Positions 1 to 10,383 of a stretch of 64,000 nt of DNA are shown one piece after another; position 1 is the first letter of the stretch; the number at the start of each line of letters is the position of its first letter. The notes below the pieces were generated by a model. That model did no database searches, was not told the DNA's origin, and was given only the letters and a program-made list of their open reading frames with translations. Location of the stretch: NCBI RefSeq assembly GCF_000143415.4, contig NW_003314357.1, positions 592,710 to 656,709 on the forward strand, given 5' to 3'. This DNA is from Selaginella moellendorffii. Its lineage: Eukaryota > Plantae > Lycopodiophyta. Position numbers and translations under genes: made by a program.

Positions 1-1166
1 TTAAAAATTTTAAAAAATATAAAAATTATAATAAAGTTTATCTTTTCATCATTTCAGACTGAAATTTTGGAATTGCATGATACTAAGTCAAAGATGTTAG
101 GTTAATGTGTTTTTTTTCTTTTAAAAACTTTTAATATTTTACATATTTATCTTTGATATTCCCTTTTTGCCCAATATTTATATTACTAACATTAGTACAA
201 ATGTTAGTAGTAAACTAACATTAGTAGTCGTAGTGCTTTACATTTGTGTTTATTTTTTGATAAAAAAAATATCAGAAGAAAAATCTGGGATGGATCTATA
301 TATTTCAGTTCTTGGCTTTTCGTTTATATTGTTTCTTTATATTAACAAAGAAATATTCAAGCATGAGATTTCATAGGTGGTTATGTTAAAGGTTTTGAAT
401 ATGAAAGTGTGGGAAAGCTTACTTGATTGTAAGAAGAAGTTCAGCCTTTTCTATATCATGATTTTTAAATACATATTCTGTAATTACATTAACCTTGAAG
501 GATATGCACTCTAGTGTTCATTGGATCACCAATGAAAGGCACATTGATATTGTAAACATCTATCACTTTGGCTTCAGTTCTGTCATCTTGGACCATTACA
601 CAACTTTGCAATCTCTAGAGACAGACCAGATATTCTTCTGGCTGCTTGCTGAGCAGAACATTAAGTTGTAGTTATCTGCGCAAGTAGAGTATGTCATAAT
701 CCATGAGTTTTTTTCACGAACGTGCCTCAAGAATCCACACACAGCAGGCCTGTATATTTGATTGGAGTATATGAAGCAGTGTGATCCATGCAATGCAATT
801 ATACACATCTCTTTCCAGGTATGTAATACATTAGTGGGAGAATTAGGAATGTTTGTAAACAGCTGATTTACAAACCTTCTGATGTTGAAAGGTTAGGAAT
901 ATATTCAATGGAATCGTTGCCCCCATCAATGAAAGTTCCCATGTAAGTCAATGCTTGAAGTGCCTAAAAAAAGATAAACAAATCACAAACTTTAATGAGC
1001 ATATCACCTCAAGTGCTGGGTTCTTTCAAATGTTCCCCTGCAAAGATCCAGTGCATTGTTCTAGACTCTAACGATTTCTGCATAAAAGCTTCAGATGCTT
1101 CAACATCAGAAATCAAAGAGTAAAGGCACAGATGTAAAGGCAAAGGTTTATTTTTTTTAAGGAATG

Positions 1167-1412
1167 TCAAAGTTCCTTTGTTCCATACAGTTGATCAACA
1201 AAATGCGAAGGTATAGCTACTTGGAACGTGTCTTGTCCAAGGTGAAGCTGGCCCTTTAGCGTGATGTGTTCCTTTATAGGTCCTGCATATTTACATATTT
1301 TACATATTGCTTCATCTTTAGAAGTTTGTTGCAATCTTGATCCGCAGCATAATGAACAAACTGTGTGTATAAAAACTGGACAAAGCTTATCTACTTCAAA
1401 GTATCCAGGTAT
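1167..1412 (-). pseudogene. Exon/fragment of a possible RPA70-C-like OB-fold protein with a C4 zinc ribbon
   Basis: Translation HTVCSLCCGSRLQQTSKDEAICKICKYAG...LKGQLHLGQDTFQVAI follows a ttgcag acceptor. The Cys spacing resembles the zinc ribbon of RPA1C-type OB folds. No complete gene was reconstructed. Confidence 0.3.
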
Positions 1413-2265
1413 CTGCAAAACAACGTGTATTTAATATGGGCTTGTTTCATTTCCTTTCGCACTTACCCCTGTGCATTCCCTTGCAATATTCCGAAAAAGT
1501 CCCAGCTACGCTGGGAGCATAGTGCATTGTATACATTGTACATTGTATACATAGAATATTGCATTCCCTTGCAATATTCCGAAAAACAGAGTCAAGGAAT
1601 TATTTTGGCATCATCTATTATACATGAAACAATGCTCATGCCTGTGACATTTGCTCTCTTGAAATAACCGTCTCCTTGTAAATTAATGAAACATCTTGTT
1701 GGTGGAGTTCCAGAAAAACATTCATTCATCAACTCTTTGAATAATTCCATTATGTTGCCATGGAATTTGAGCTGCCATCATATAGATTATTGTCAGGGAT
1801 CCACATGCTATATTGAACTTACTATATCATATCAGACTCGTTGATGTTATCTGTTATTGTGAGTTGACCACTGTTGTAGCCTATATCATTGATACTCACT
1901 ACAACACCTTCAACAGAACCTACAGAGTCTCGGCCTCTACATGACTCCACAAAGTTTGCAATGCTGATAGTTGGTACAGACAGACGAAATTGTGGCACTA
2001 TAAGCTATTACCTAAAAGCTTACGTTTTCTTCCTAGCATAATAGATGCTCATCATTGTGGTGGGTCAATAAAAAGAGGAGATGCACTGGGCCTGGGTTGG
2101 AACTCAAGTCATCATGTTGTTTCGCATTTCTCTAGCATGACTCCACATTCAAATATATATAGCCACAGATACCACCTACTCAAAAATAAACTGGAGATAA
2201 CCATAAAGGAAGTGCATAGAAAGAAAAATAGGCAGCTAGCCTCTTCCCACTCTTTCATGCACTGT

Positions 2266-3010
2266 GGTCCATGCACTGTGTGCGAGTGGAATCCCGAATG
2301 GGACAGCCTTTTGCCCGATGAGCAGGCCAGGCTCAAGGCTCGGCAGGGCGTGAAATACGTTTGCCTCGATGGCTTACAGGTGCTCAACTCCGAGCTAGCA
2401 AGCAAAAAAAATTAGCAGAAGCAGCAAGCGAGTAAGGAGTGACGAAGAACCAAACAAATAAGACAAATACATTATCAGAGATGAAACTCTAGAACTGGTT
2501 GCCAAGGACGGTGTCACCATTGGCGAAGTTTGCATACGTGGGAACATGGTGTTCAAGGGATACTTGAACAATCCAGACTCTGGGGACTTGGCAGTTTGGC
2601 ATCCCAATGGATACATCAAGATCAAGGATCGAGCCAAGGATATTATCATTTCTGGAGGGGAGAACATTAGCAGCCTGGAAGTGGAGAGCATCTTGTACAG
2701 GTAAAAGGAGAGTTTTTCCTTCTTTGTTTCTTGTTAAAGTTTGCTTCTTTTTCATCCAGGCATCCAGCAGTGTTGGAAGCTGCTGTGGTGGCGCAGCCAG
2801 ATGAGCAGTGGTCCATGTGCGTTTGTGTCCCTCAAGCACGGCGTGAGAAGCAACAAGGAGGAGATACTCTTGTTGTATCGACAGCATTTACCGAAGTTCA
2901 TGGTGCCAAAGAGCATCGTCATTCTCACAGCCTTGGACAAAACTGCGACTGGCAAGATCCAAAAACAGGTGCTGTGCAGCAAAGCAAGAGCTCTTGGCAG
3001 TGTCAAGTAA
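2266..3010 (+). pseudogene. Acyl-activating enzyme (AAE7/AAE1-type acyl-CoA ligase) 3' fragment
   Basis: Motifs [89 protein letters not shown], an intron at 2701-2759, HPAVLEAAVVAQPDEQW and KTATGKIQK. Lesions: ~90 bp insertion near 2395-2486, deletion between NNP and SGDL, frameshift near 2811, no 5' half. Confidence 0.85.
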
Positions 3011-3060
3011 ATCAGCAAGCTCTACAAGCCAACTATTGAACTTGTAAAGCTTGAAATCGT

Positions 3061-4030
3061 TCATGGCCTGGAAAATCCCCAATCTAGCCTGGCAATTTGA
3101 AATCGGTCAGCTACTGTCCGTCCGTTGTAATGTACTGGAATGAAAAATAAATAAATAACATGCAAGAACCAAGAACGCAATTCATCTACCTCAAACAGTA
3201 GCTTTGTCTTATCAGCTGTCACTCTTGCATATCCAAATGCCGACCTTCGAATCAAGCTCCATGAACTAAACTGTCGACAAAAAAAATAGAAAAGGTAGAA
3301 TATCAATACCATATAAAGAGCTTGAATATAGGAAACAAAGCTGCAAGCTTACATTATGAGGGAAGTCATCCAAGGTGAATTCAGCCATGCCAACCACGGT
3401 GTGAACTGGAGCTGAGTAAATTGTAGTGTCAAAGAAATCGACGCCTGCTAAATCCTTGATCGGGTGCTGCAGGCAGCGCCCTGAAACACAGCACAAGTTC
3501 GCAGGTAATTGTGAACTTGCCCCCACACTGCTAAATCAACCTGTGCAAAAAAAAAAAGAAAAAAGAAAAAAGACAGTTTCATTCTAGTTTTCCCTTTGAA
3601 GAGCTCGTGTTTTACCTTGTTTCTCAAGAGCAATGGTTCCACAGCTGCTACAAATTTCGGATCCACACCTGGTAAAGTTTAGAAATAAATCCCCCGCAGT
3701 TGAGTGGAGTACATAGGTCGATGACTGAAAGAAAAATAGCACACATGAGTTTACAGAATGAAAATGTGAATAAAAACAGTTACCCTGTGAAAACTATCCA
3801 TGGTGTACTGAATCTGCCGACAGATTCAAGGTCAGATTTCATCCAAGCGTACTGTAGAAGAAGGTTTCGTTGAAGGAAAGATGAAAAGAATAAGAATGCA
3901 TACTTGTTCGCTGGTCGAGCTCCAGTCATGTTCTGTAGAGATGACTGTGAAATGCATGGGGCGAATAGCCATGGAGCCGTGGAGCTGTGGCTGTCCCGAG
4001 GAGAAGTACAGGGACGAAAATTTCTTTTTT
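3061..4030 (-). pseudogene. Purple acid phosphatase / nucleotide pyrophosphatase-type 3' fragment
   Basis: Short exons read HFTVISTEHDWSSTSEQ, YAWMKSDLESVGRFSTPWIVFTG, HRPMYST, VEPLLLRNKV, VDLAVWGQVHNYLRTCAV, APVHTVVGMA and WSLIRRSAFGYARVTA. The metal motif GHVH reads GQVH, there is a frameshift near 3480 and the 5' half is absent. Confidence 0.8.
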
Positions 4031-4312
4031 TTCTCTTGGTTACAGCCTCGAGCACCTGGCACAAACAGGAACTTTAAGCCTCGAAAGAGAATAGCAAAAA
4101 GCAAGAGAGTGAAAAACCTTGATTCTAGTCGTGGTTCCAGCCTCGAGAACCTGGAACAAATAGGGGCTTGAGAGTCTCGAAAAAAGACTGTCATTTTTCC
4201 GGCGCATGGCCATTGACAACGGTTTCCTGAGCTTTTCAATCGGTAGCAGCTTCAGATCTTCACGTACAGCTGATTGTAGCTCTGAGGTGCTCTGCAATGA
4301 AGACCGCATCAA

Positions 4313-4355
4313 ACACACACACACACAGAGACAGAGAGAGAGAGAGAGAGAGAGA
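4313..4355. repeat. Compound (AC)n(AG)n microsatellite
   Basis: acacacacacacacagagacagagagagagagagagagagag read directly. Confidence 0.9.
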
Positions 4356-4757
4356 GTACCTTCCCACAAGCGATGATCGACGCTCTCTCCTCGTGCTCAC
4401 GCGCCCTAAAAGACAATTAAAAGTTTTTATGATCCCAAAAGTCACGACTCCCCATTGTTTAATCTCAGCCGTTAGATTTTGGCATATGCCCAGAATAAGT
4501 GACGCCAGCATATGCTATTATTATATCGGCTCTTTCGTTTAAATATATGAGTATGATGATGGTCAGGTGGACAGTTAGTTAGGTTAAGGTTATAAGCTCA
4601 TGACAAAATTTCCTCTATTTTTTTGAGATGGATAATTAAGCAACATAATCAGATCTCAGGATCTCATCCAACGGCCCTTATTCTCATGGTATATTCTTAG
4701 AGCCCTTTTGCCCCTTTTCCTCGTTTAGGGCATAGGAAAAAGTTAGGGTTTTTTTTC

Positions 4758-5072
4758 ATGGCTATGGCGAATCGATTGGCGATGAGGAAGGAGAGGGAGA
4801 GGAGGACGGAGGAGCGGAGGAAGCTGGAGAGGGCGCATAACTGGGAGGATGGCACTGATCCATGGGAGGACGAGGTCTTCTACAACGAGCGGATCAGGAA
4901 TCTGTCCAAGAGATTGACGAAAGAGCAGATCGATGCGGTCACGGCCAATTCGAGCCCAGATCACGCACGCATTCTCCGGGAGTGGTGCGAGCAGATGGAT
5001 GCCCGCCTTGCTTCTAAACCCAAGCGGCAGCCTCTTGGTGAGACTTGTAAGAATTCTGAGAATAATCCTTAA
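4758..5072 (+). CDS. Orphan 104-aa charged protein, copy 1
   Basis: Intronless ATG-to-stop ORF. Its paralog at 17053-17379 has the same frame, stop position and upstream sequence. Confidence 0.55.
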   Translation: MAMANRLAMRKERERRTEERRKLERAHNWEDGTDPWEDEVFYNERIRNLSKRLTKEQIDAVTANSSPDHARILREWCEQMDARLASKPKRQPLGETCKNSENNP

Positions 5073-5157
5073 AAGAGGGCTCCGAAGGGGCTTTTCTTGT
5101 AGTGTTCTTGTGATGCTTGTGATGATCGCCCATGGCTAGGGTTCTTAGGGTTTTGTG

Positions 5158-7550
5158 ATGCGTGGCGCTGGACGATCGGGGAAGGGTGGCGCCGGGAATA
5201 GCCGTGCTGCTGGACGATCGGGGAGGGGCGGCGCTGGACGATTGGGGAATGGCGGCGTTGGCGCCGGCGCAAGAACAGGCAAGGATATTTCTCCTCTTCC
5301 TCTAGGTAGTGATTGCGTATTCCTCGTGAGTAAAAAGAGAAGCGTCTTTCAGGTGAGTTGATGGTGCTTTTCTTTGGTTCGTGTTCTTTATCTTCGGCTT
5401 TGTGTTCCTAGGTGATAATGTAAGAACAACCTCGAGTGTTCCAATCTTGTTCTTTCTTTACTTAGTTATTTTATTCGTTTTTCTAGATCCTGAGGACAAA
5501 GACGGCAAACAGCCTCTTGCTGCGCCTGAGGACGAAGAAGGGAAACGGCCTCTTTCCGCTGAAGGTGAGTTCATGGTGCTTTTTTTGGTTCGTGTTTTTG
5601 CTTTAACTCTCTTTTGTCATCTGTAGGTGGTGAGGTACCTGTGCTTGCACCCAACGGCGAAGGAAAACCGCCTCACGGTGCCCTTTCTTTTCTTTTTGTT
5701 CTTCATTTCCTGAATTTCTTTTTTTTCTTGCCCTTTGTTTGTAGGTGGTAATGTGCTGTGTGCAGTTAAATATCGAGACATGAGCTTCTCGATGAGGTAT
5801 AATGGCACAACCGCAGGATTTTTCCAGCGAATCAAGCTCTGCTGTGGGCTCAATGAAGGAATGCTTCTCATAAACGGTAAAATGTTCTCATCTAGTTTCT
5901 CTGGTGAGCTGGTAAAGATCAAGGTAATAAATCCTTGCTTTATCCTCTTTAGTTTTTAATTTTTGCGTCGTTGTTTGTTTAGGGGACTGTCATTGTATTG
6001 GGGAAAAGCATTATTGAAGAATATGACAACATCGCTGAAGAAGTTATTGAGGAAGCTTGCGAACTGATGGAAGCTACGAAGGTTAGCAATTCCAGGTGCT
6101 ATGACATTACTCCTCCGCATGTGATGTATTGGGATCGTAGGATCCCCCAAGATGCGAACGTGAATACCTTACCTGTTTATCCCGAGATCCAGAAATCAAC
6201 ATCCTGAAGCTCGTATACTCCTGGAGGTTCGGATGCAGGGTGTCTAAACGACTTGACACTGTCGACTGTGAAGCTCTCATTCAGGTAGTTATGTTTTCTG
6301 GTTAATGTGGTATAGTTTTTTTTATGGTTTCTTCATGCAGAAGCGAGAAGACCGTTCGATAATCTTGTTGCAGATGAGAGATTCGGACACAGAAAACCTA
6401 CTCCCATACGACACTGTCAAACATCGATTGACACATTTGGCCTGCCACTTGGATCATCCTCTTCATGACGATCAGTTTGAAGAAAAAGTGAAGGATGCGA
6501 CAAGGCTTCAACACTCAGTTAGCATGTCTATCTGGGTGAAACACGCTGAGAAGAAGTTAACAGCCGATGTTGCTCGCTTGATTGGTGCTGGTAAGCTATG
6601 TTTGTTTATGGTATAATCTGAATTTTGTCTTTGTAGATTCTGAGGGTGCTTTGGGGGCTATACCAGGTAAGATGTTTGTTAGTGTTGGCCTTTTTGTTAA
6701 CTTTTATATTCCAGAACTGTTACGGCCACCTGTCTTTGTGATTCAAGCGATCGTAAGTTCCCATGCTGGTCGCGGGTGGTCGTTGGAATTGTTCGCTCTC
6801 GGTATCTTAATGGGTGTCCACCGGCGAATTGAGGCAACAGCCCCAGACGACTTTCTGATAGTCAAGAATGCTGCCTGTGCTGTCATGGTAAAAAATCATA
6901 GGTAAGGATTTCCTCATTAGTCCTTTCACAACTTACATTATCTTAATTTCAGATTTCTCTCGTTGTTGGCTGGTGCTGATGTGCAAGGACCATTACTTCA
7001 GTTTGTTGGAATCGACGCAGACGCTGATCTCAGTGATCTGGAGCTTGTTTTGAGATCGTGGATGTGTTACCTCTACATTGTCACGAGAGAACACTGCTCA
7101 AAGGTATGACACATTCCTGAAAAGTAACAGCTTCTAAAGTTTCATTTTAATGACAACAGCTGACGAAACACTAAGGCTCCCCTTGAGCGCGACATAGGAA
7201 AGCGCTGTATAAATTCTCTCCTCAAGAGATGTAAAGTCCGGCTTCACAATTATGACAGGCGAATTTTGGGAATTTGGCGAATTTGGCGAGTTTTTGTTTT
7301 TCTCCCGCAGCGGCTACTCGTTGTCCTCCCTCTTATCCAAGTGTACAAAGTCTCGTAAGCTCTCAGCTCTCCCCAAGCTTCCATGTCCGCGGGGGAAAAC
7401 TTTGTAGAACTCCGGCGCAAGAAGCAGCTCTTGGCATACGTGTTGGCCGCTGTCTTTGGCCTCATCATCCTGATAAAGGTAGTGCCTTTCGTGGATAAAA
7501 GTGTTGGACATTTAGTGTGTGAGTGGGTGATAGATGGCAAACTCGTCAAA
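5158..7550 (+). pseudogene. Multi-exon gene of unknown function, probably frameshifted
   Basis: Series of ~50-bp GT-AG introns (for example 5353-5411, 5924-5982, 6286-6340, 6591-6636, 6667-6713) separating open exons. Apparent frameshift near 6190. Duplicated intron/exon units at 5350-5630. Confidence 0.5.
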
Positions 7551-7779
7551 TTTTTTTGTTCTCTTTGGACAAGTTCCTGGAGATCAGGATGAGCTCTTTT
7601 ACAATGAGTAGATCAAGAACTGTCAATATAGTTCTTGGAGCAAACTCCCACCAAAGGGTGTCCTCAGGTTATATGTGTTCACTCTTGGAGTAAGTTTTAT
7701 TCTGTTGGAGCAAATTTCACTCTCAAAAAAATTGGGAAGGTTGGGGTAAAATGCTATATCAATCAAATGTTAAACAATT

Positions 7780-8098
7780 GTGAGTGCATAGGACTGAGAC
7801 TAAGACTGAAACCAAATCTAAATTCGAGTCCGAATATTAATATAAGTTGTAAGGTCAAAGCTTAAAACTATTGTTGAGGGAGGGGGGGGGGGTTTGTGTT
7901 GTGGAAGGGGCTGTGTAGGGGGTTTTAAAAATGTAGTAGGGAGAGTGTGAGGGTTTGATTCTAGTGGAATTAATTTGGCTAGGAAAGGTTTATATGACCT
8001 AAGAAGGTTATGCCCACGTATTGGGTGATAATATATCTATTGAAGAGTCCAAGACTAAAGTGAATATAAATTGACAAGTAAAATAGTTTGGTGAAGTA
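7780..8098 (+). mobile_element. Old, heavily deaminated LTR fragment related to the 8451-16328 LTR family
   Basis: ttgggtgataatatatctattgaagagtccaagactaaagtgaatataaattgacaagtaaaatagtttggtgaagt aligns to LTR 9525-9602, mostly by C>T and G>A changes. Confidence 0.7.
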
Positions 8099-8099
8099 C

Positions 8100-8450
8100 C
8101 AGGAGTACCTCAATGACATCAACCCTGGGAGAATCATTGGCCCTAGCATCCACAACTCCACAGGCTACACCACCAGATGTATCCTTGCAAAATACCAAAC
8201 GAGTGGACGCTCACTTCACGTCAAGCTAAGCCGAAGACAGACACTAGTCATGCCCAGAGATGCTTGCCTCTGCCCCCTGTGAGGAATGGAGACCCTGTTG
8301 CATGTCATATATGACTGCCCTGCCTACATGCGACTATGGCTCTTCTTCCCCACACTAGACTTCCATGCCCACAACCTCCTAGCATTCACGGGGAACACGA
8401 CCACAACATCAATGACTACTCTTTTTCTTCATGCCATGGAACTAGCATTT
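8100..8450 (+). mobile_element. LINE ORF2 3'-end remnant (continues at 16329 to ~16500)
   Basis: LAKYQTSGRSLHVKLSR...PRDACLCPL*GMETLLHVIYDCPAY matches the C-terminal CCHC region of LINE ORF2. Confidence 0.65.
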
Positions 8451-9229
8451 TGTGAGACACAAAATCCCTAGGCCCCAAAGTGGAGCCGGAAAGGATGCCA
8501 CGTGGTAGTGGCTGAAGCGAGAGCCAAACGAGCGTAACACGTTTGGACCAAAAGCTCCGACTTGAAAAGTCAAGAGCGGGAGTGGAACTCCCAAAGAAGT
8601 GCTCGAGGAACGAGCACGAAGCGAGCAAAAAGCGAGGCTCCAAAAAGGGACCCAAAAGGACCAACACATGACACGTGGGAGAGTCTGAGATGGACCCGAG
8701 TTGGAGTCCGAAGTGGAGTCCAAGATGGACCCGAGTTGAAGTCTGAAGTGGAGTCCGAGATGGAGTCTGAAGTGGAGTCCGAGGTGGACCCGAGATGGAC
8801 CCGAGATGGAGTCTGAAGTGGAGTCCGAGGTGGACCCGAGATGGACCCGAGTTGGAGTCCGAAGTGGAGTCCGAGATGGACCCGAGATGGAGTCCGAGAT
8901 GGAGTCCGAGATGGAGTCCGAAGTGGAGTCCGAGGTGGACCCGAGATGGACCCGAGATGGAGTCCAAAGTGGAGTCCGAGGTGGACCCGAGATGGACCCG
9001 AGTTGGAGTCCGAGGTGGAGTCCGAGATGGACCCGAGATGGAGTCCGAGATGGAGTCCGAGATGGAGTCTGAGGTGGACCCGAGATGGACCCGAAATGGA
9101 GTCCGAGATGGAGTCTGAGATGGACCCGAGATGGAGTCCGAGATGGAGTCCGAGATGAACCCGAGATGGACCCGAGATGGAGTCCGAGATGGAGTCCGAG
9201 ATGGAGTCCGAAGTCGAGACCGAGACCGG

Positions 9230-9261
<32 letters not shown>

Positions 9262-10383
9262 TCGGGACCGAGACCGAGCCCGAGGCCGAGACCGAGCCCG
9301 AGCCCGAGGCCGAGTCCGAGCCCGAGACCGAGCCCGAGTCCGAATCCGAGTCCGAGTCCGAGTCCGAGTCCAAGTCCGGAGCCTGAGAGGGTGAAAGCCC
9401 AAAGCGTTTGTCTCCCAGACCCTAGGGGGTTTGGTGAGCTCCAAAAGTATAGTAAGGGGGAGGACTGCAGTGGAGCCAGTTTGGCCAGGAAAGGCCAGTT
9501 TGGCCCAGGAAGGCCAAACCCAGTGTTGGGTGATGAACTGACCACTGGGAAGTCCAAGACTAGAGTGAATACGGACCGACAAGCGGGGTAGCTTGGTGAA
9601 GTGTTCAAGAGCCGACTCTAGTTCCCCCGGGAGATCGACTGGCCGATGCTCCCAGTCCAAGTGTGGGTGGCACTACCTACTTGGATACCAGGCGTGGCTC
9701 AACGGAACCTCGCTCTAAGCCCATGGCTAGAGCACCTAAAGGCAATAGGTGTTGAGAGTACCCAGGTGGCTCGCGTAAGGCCACGGTGTTCCGAAATGTC
9801 GTCCCAAAGGCCCAGACTGTGGAAAGGAAGAGGAGCAGTCCTCTGGGGTAGTGACCAAGGACACAGTCGTGTGGTGAGGAAGTCCCAGAGGACCGTGGGA
9901 CTTAGTGGTCGGGCCTGTGGGCCTCGATCCAGTGGCAGTGTTGGCAAACACGGCCAGGGGCAGAAAGGGACTTGGTAGGAACTGACAAAGGGACTTTGGG
10001 GAAGGCGATTCCCCAGGTCTGTGGGCATCCTAAGGATGCTAAGGAGTGGATCTAGGATGACCCCTCGTAGACAGATGGCCCAGTCTTGGAGAGACGGGAT
10101 GGTGATGCAAGTGGTATTGGACCATTTGCGCAGCAAAGGTGAATGGGCATGGCCTTAGCGTAACGGGCCGAGATGTCAGTGGTACCTTTGGGTGTCGGTC
10201 ATGGGATCGGACACGTAGAGCACTTGGACCAAGTGCAAAGGTTGAGTGGCATGGATGCCATTCTCGGGGCTAGCAAGCCCCAAGTCCTGAATGGGACTTA
10301 TGGAGGTTGTGAATGAGACCCCTCCAAGTGGTCGGAGGTGTGGTTAAGTGACTAAAGTAGAATGGAAAAATTAGTCGCTTACA
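8451..10383 (+). repeat. 5' LTR (1933 bp) with internal 11/12-mer and hexamer tandem arrays
   Basis: tgtgagacac...gtcgcttaca; array of (gagatggagtcc/gagatggaccc)n then (ccgaga/ccgagt)n at ~8680-9380. Confidence 0.92.

Noticed and set aside
1471-1590. ~26-bp direct repeat gcattcccttgcaatattccgaaaaa
   Set aside because: Only two copies; most likely a local repair duplication
8680-9380. CRISPR-like array
   Set aside because: Contiguous tandem units with no unique spacers, no cas genes, eukaryotic context
8416-9660. Long ORFs in several frames (RS/RD/GL/ES-repeat proteins)
   Set aside because: Produced by stop-poor tandem arrays within the LTR and not preserved identically in the second LTR
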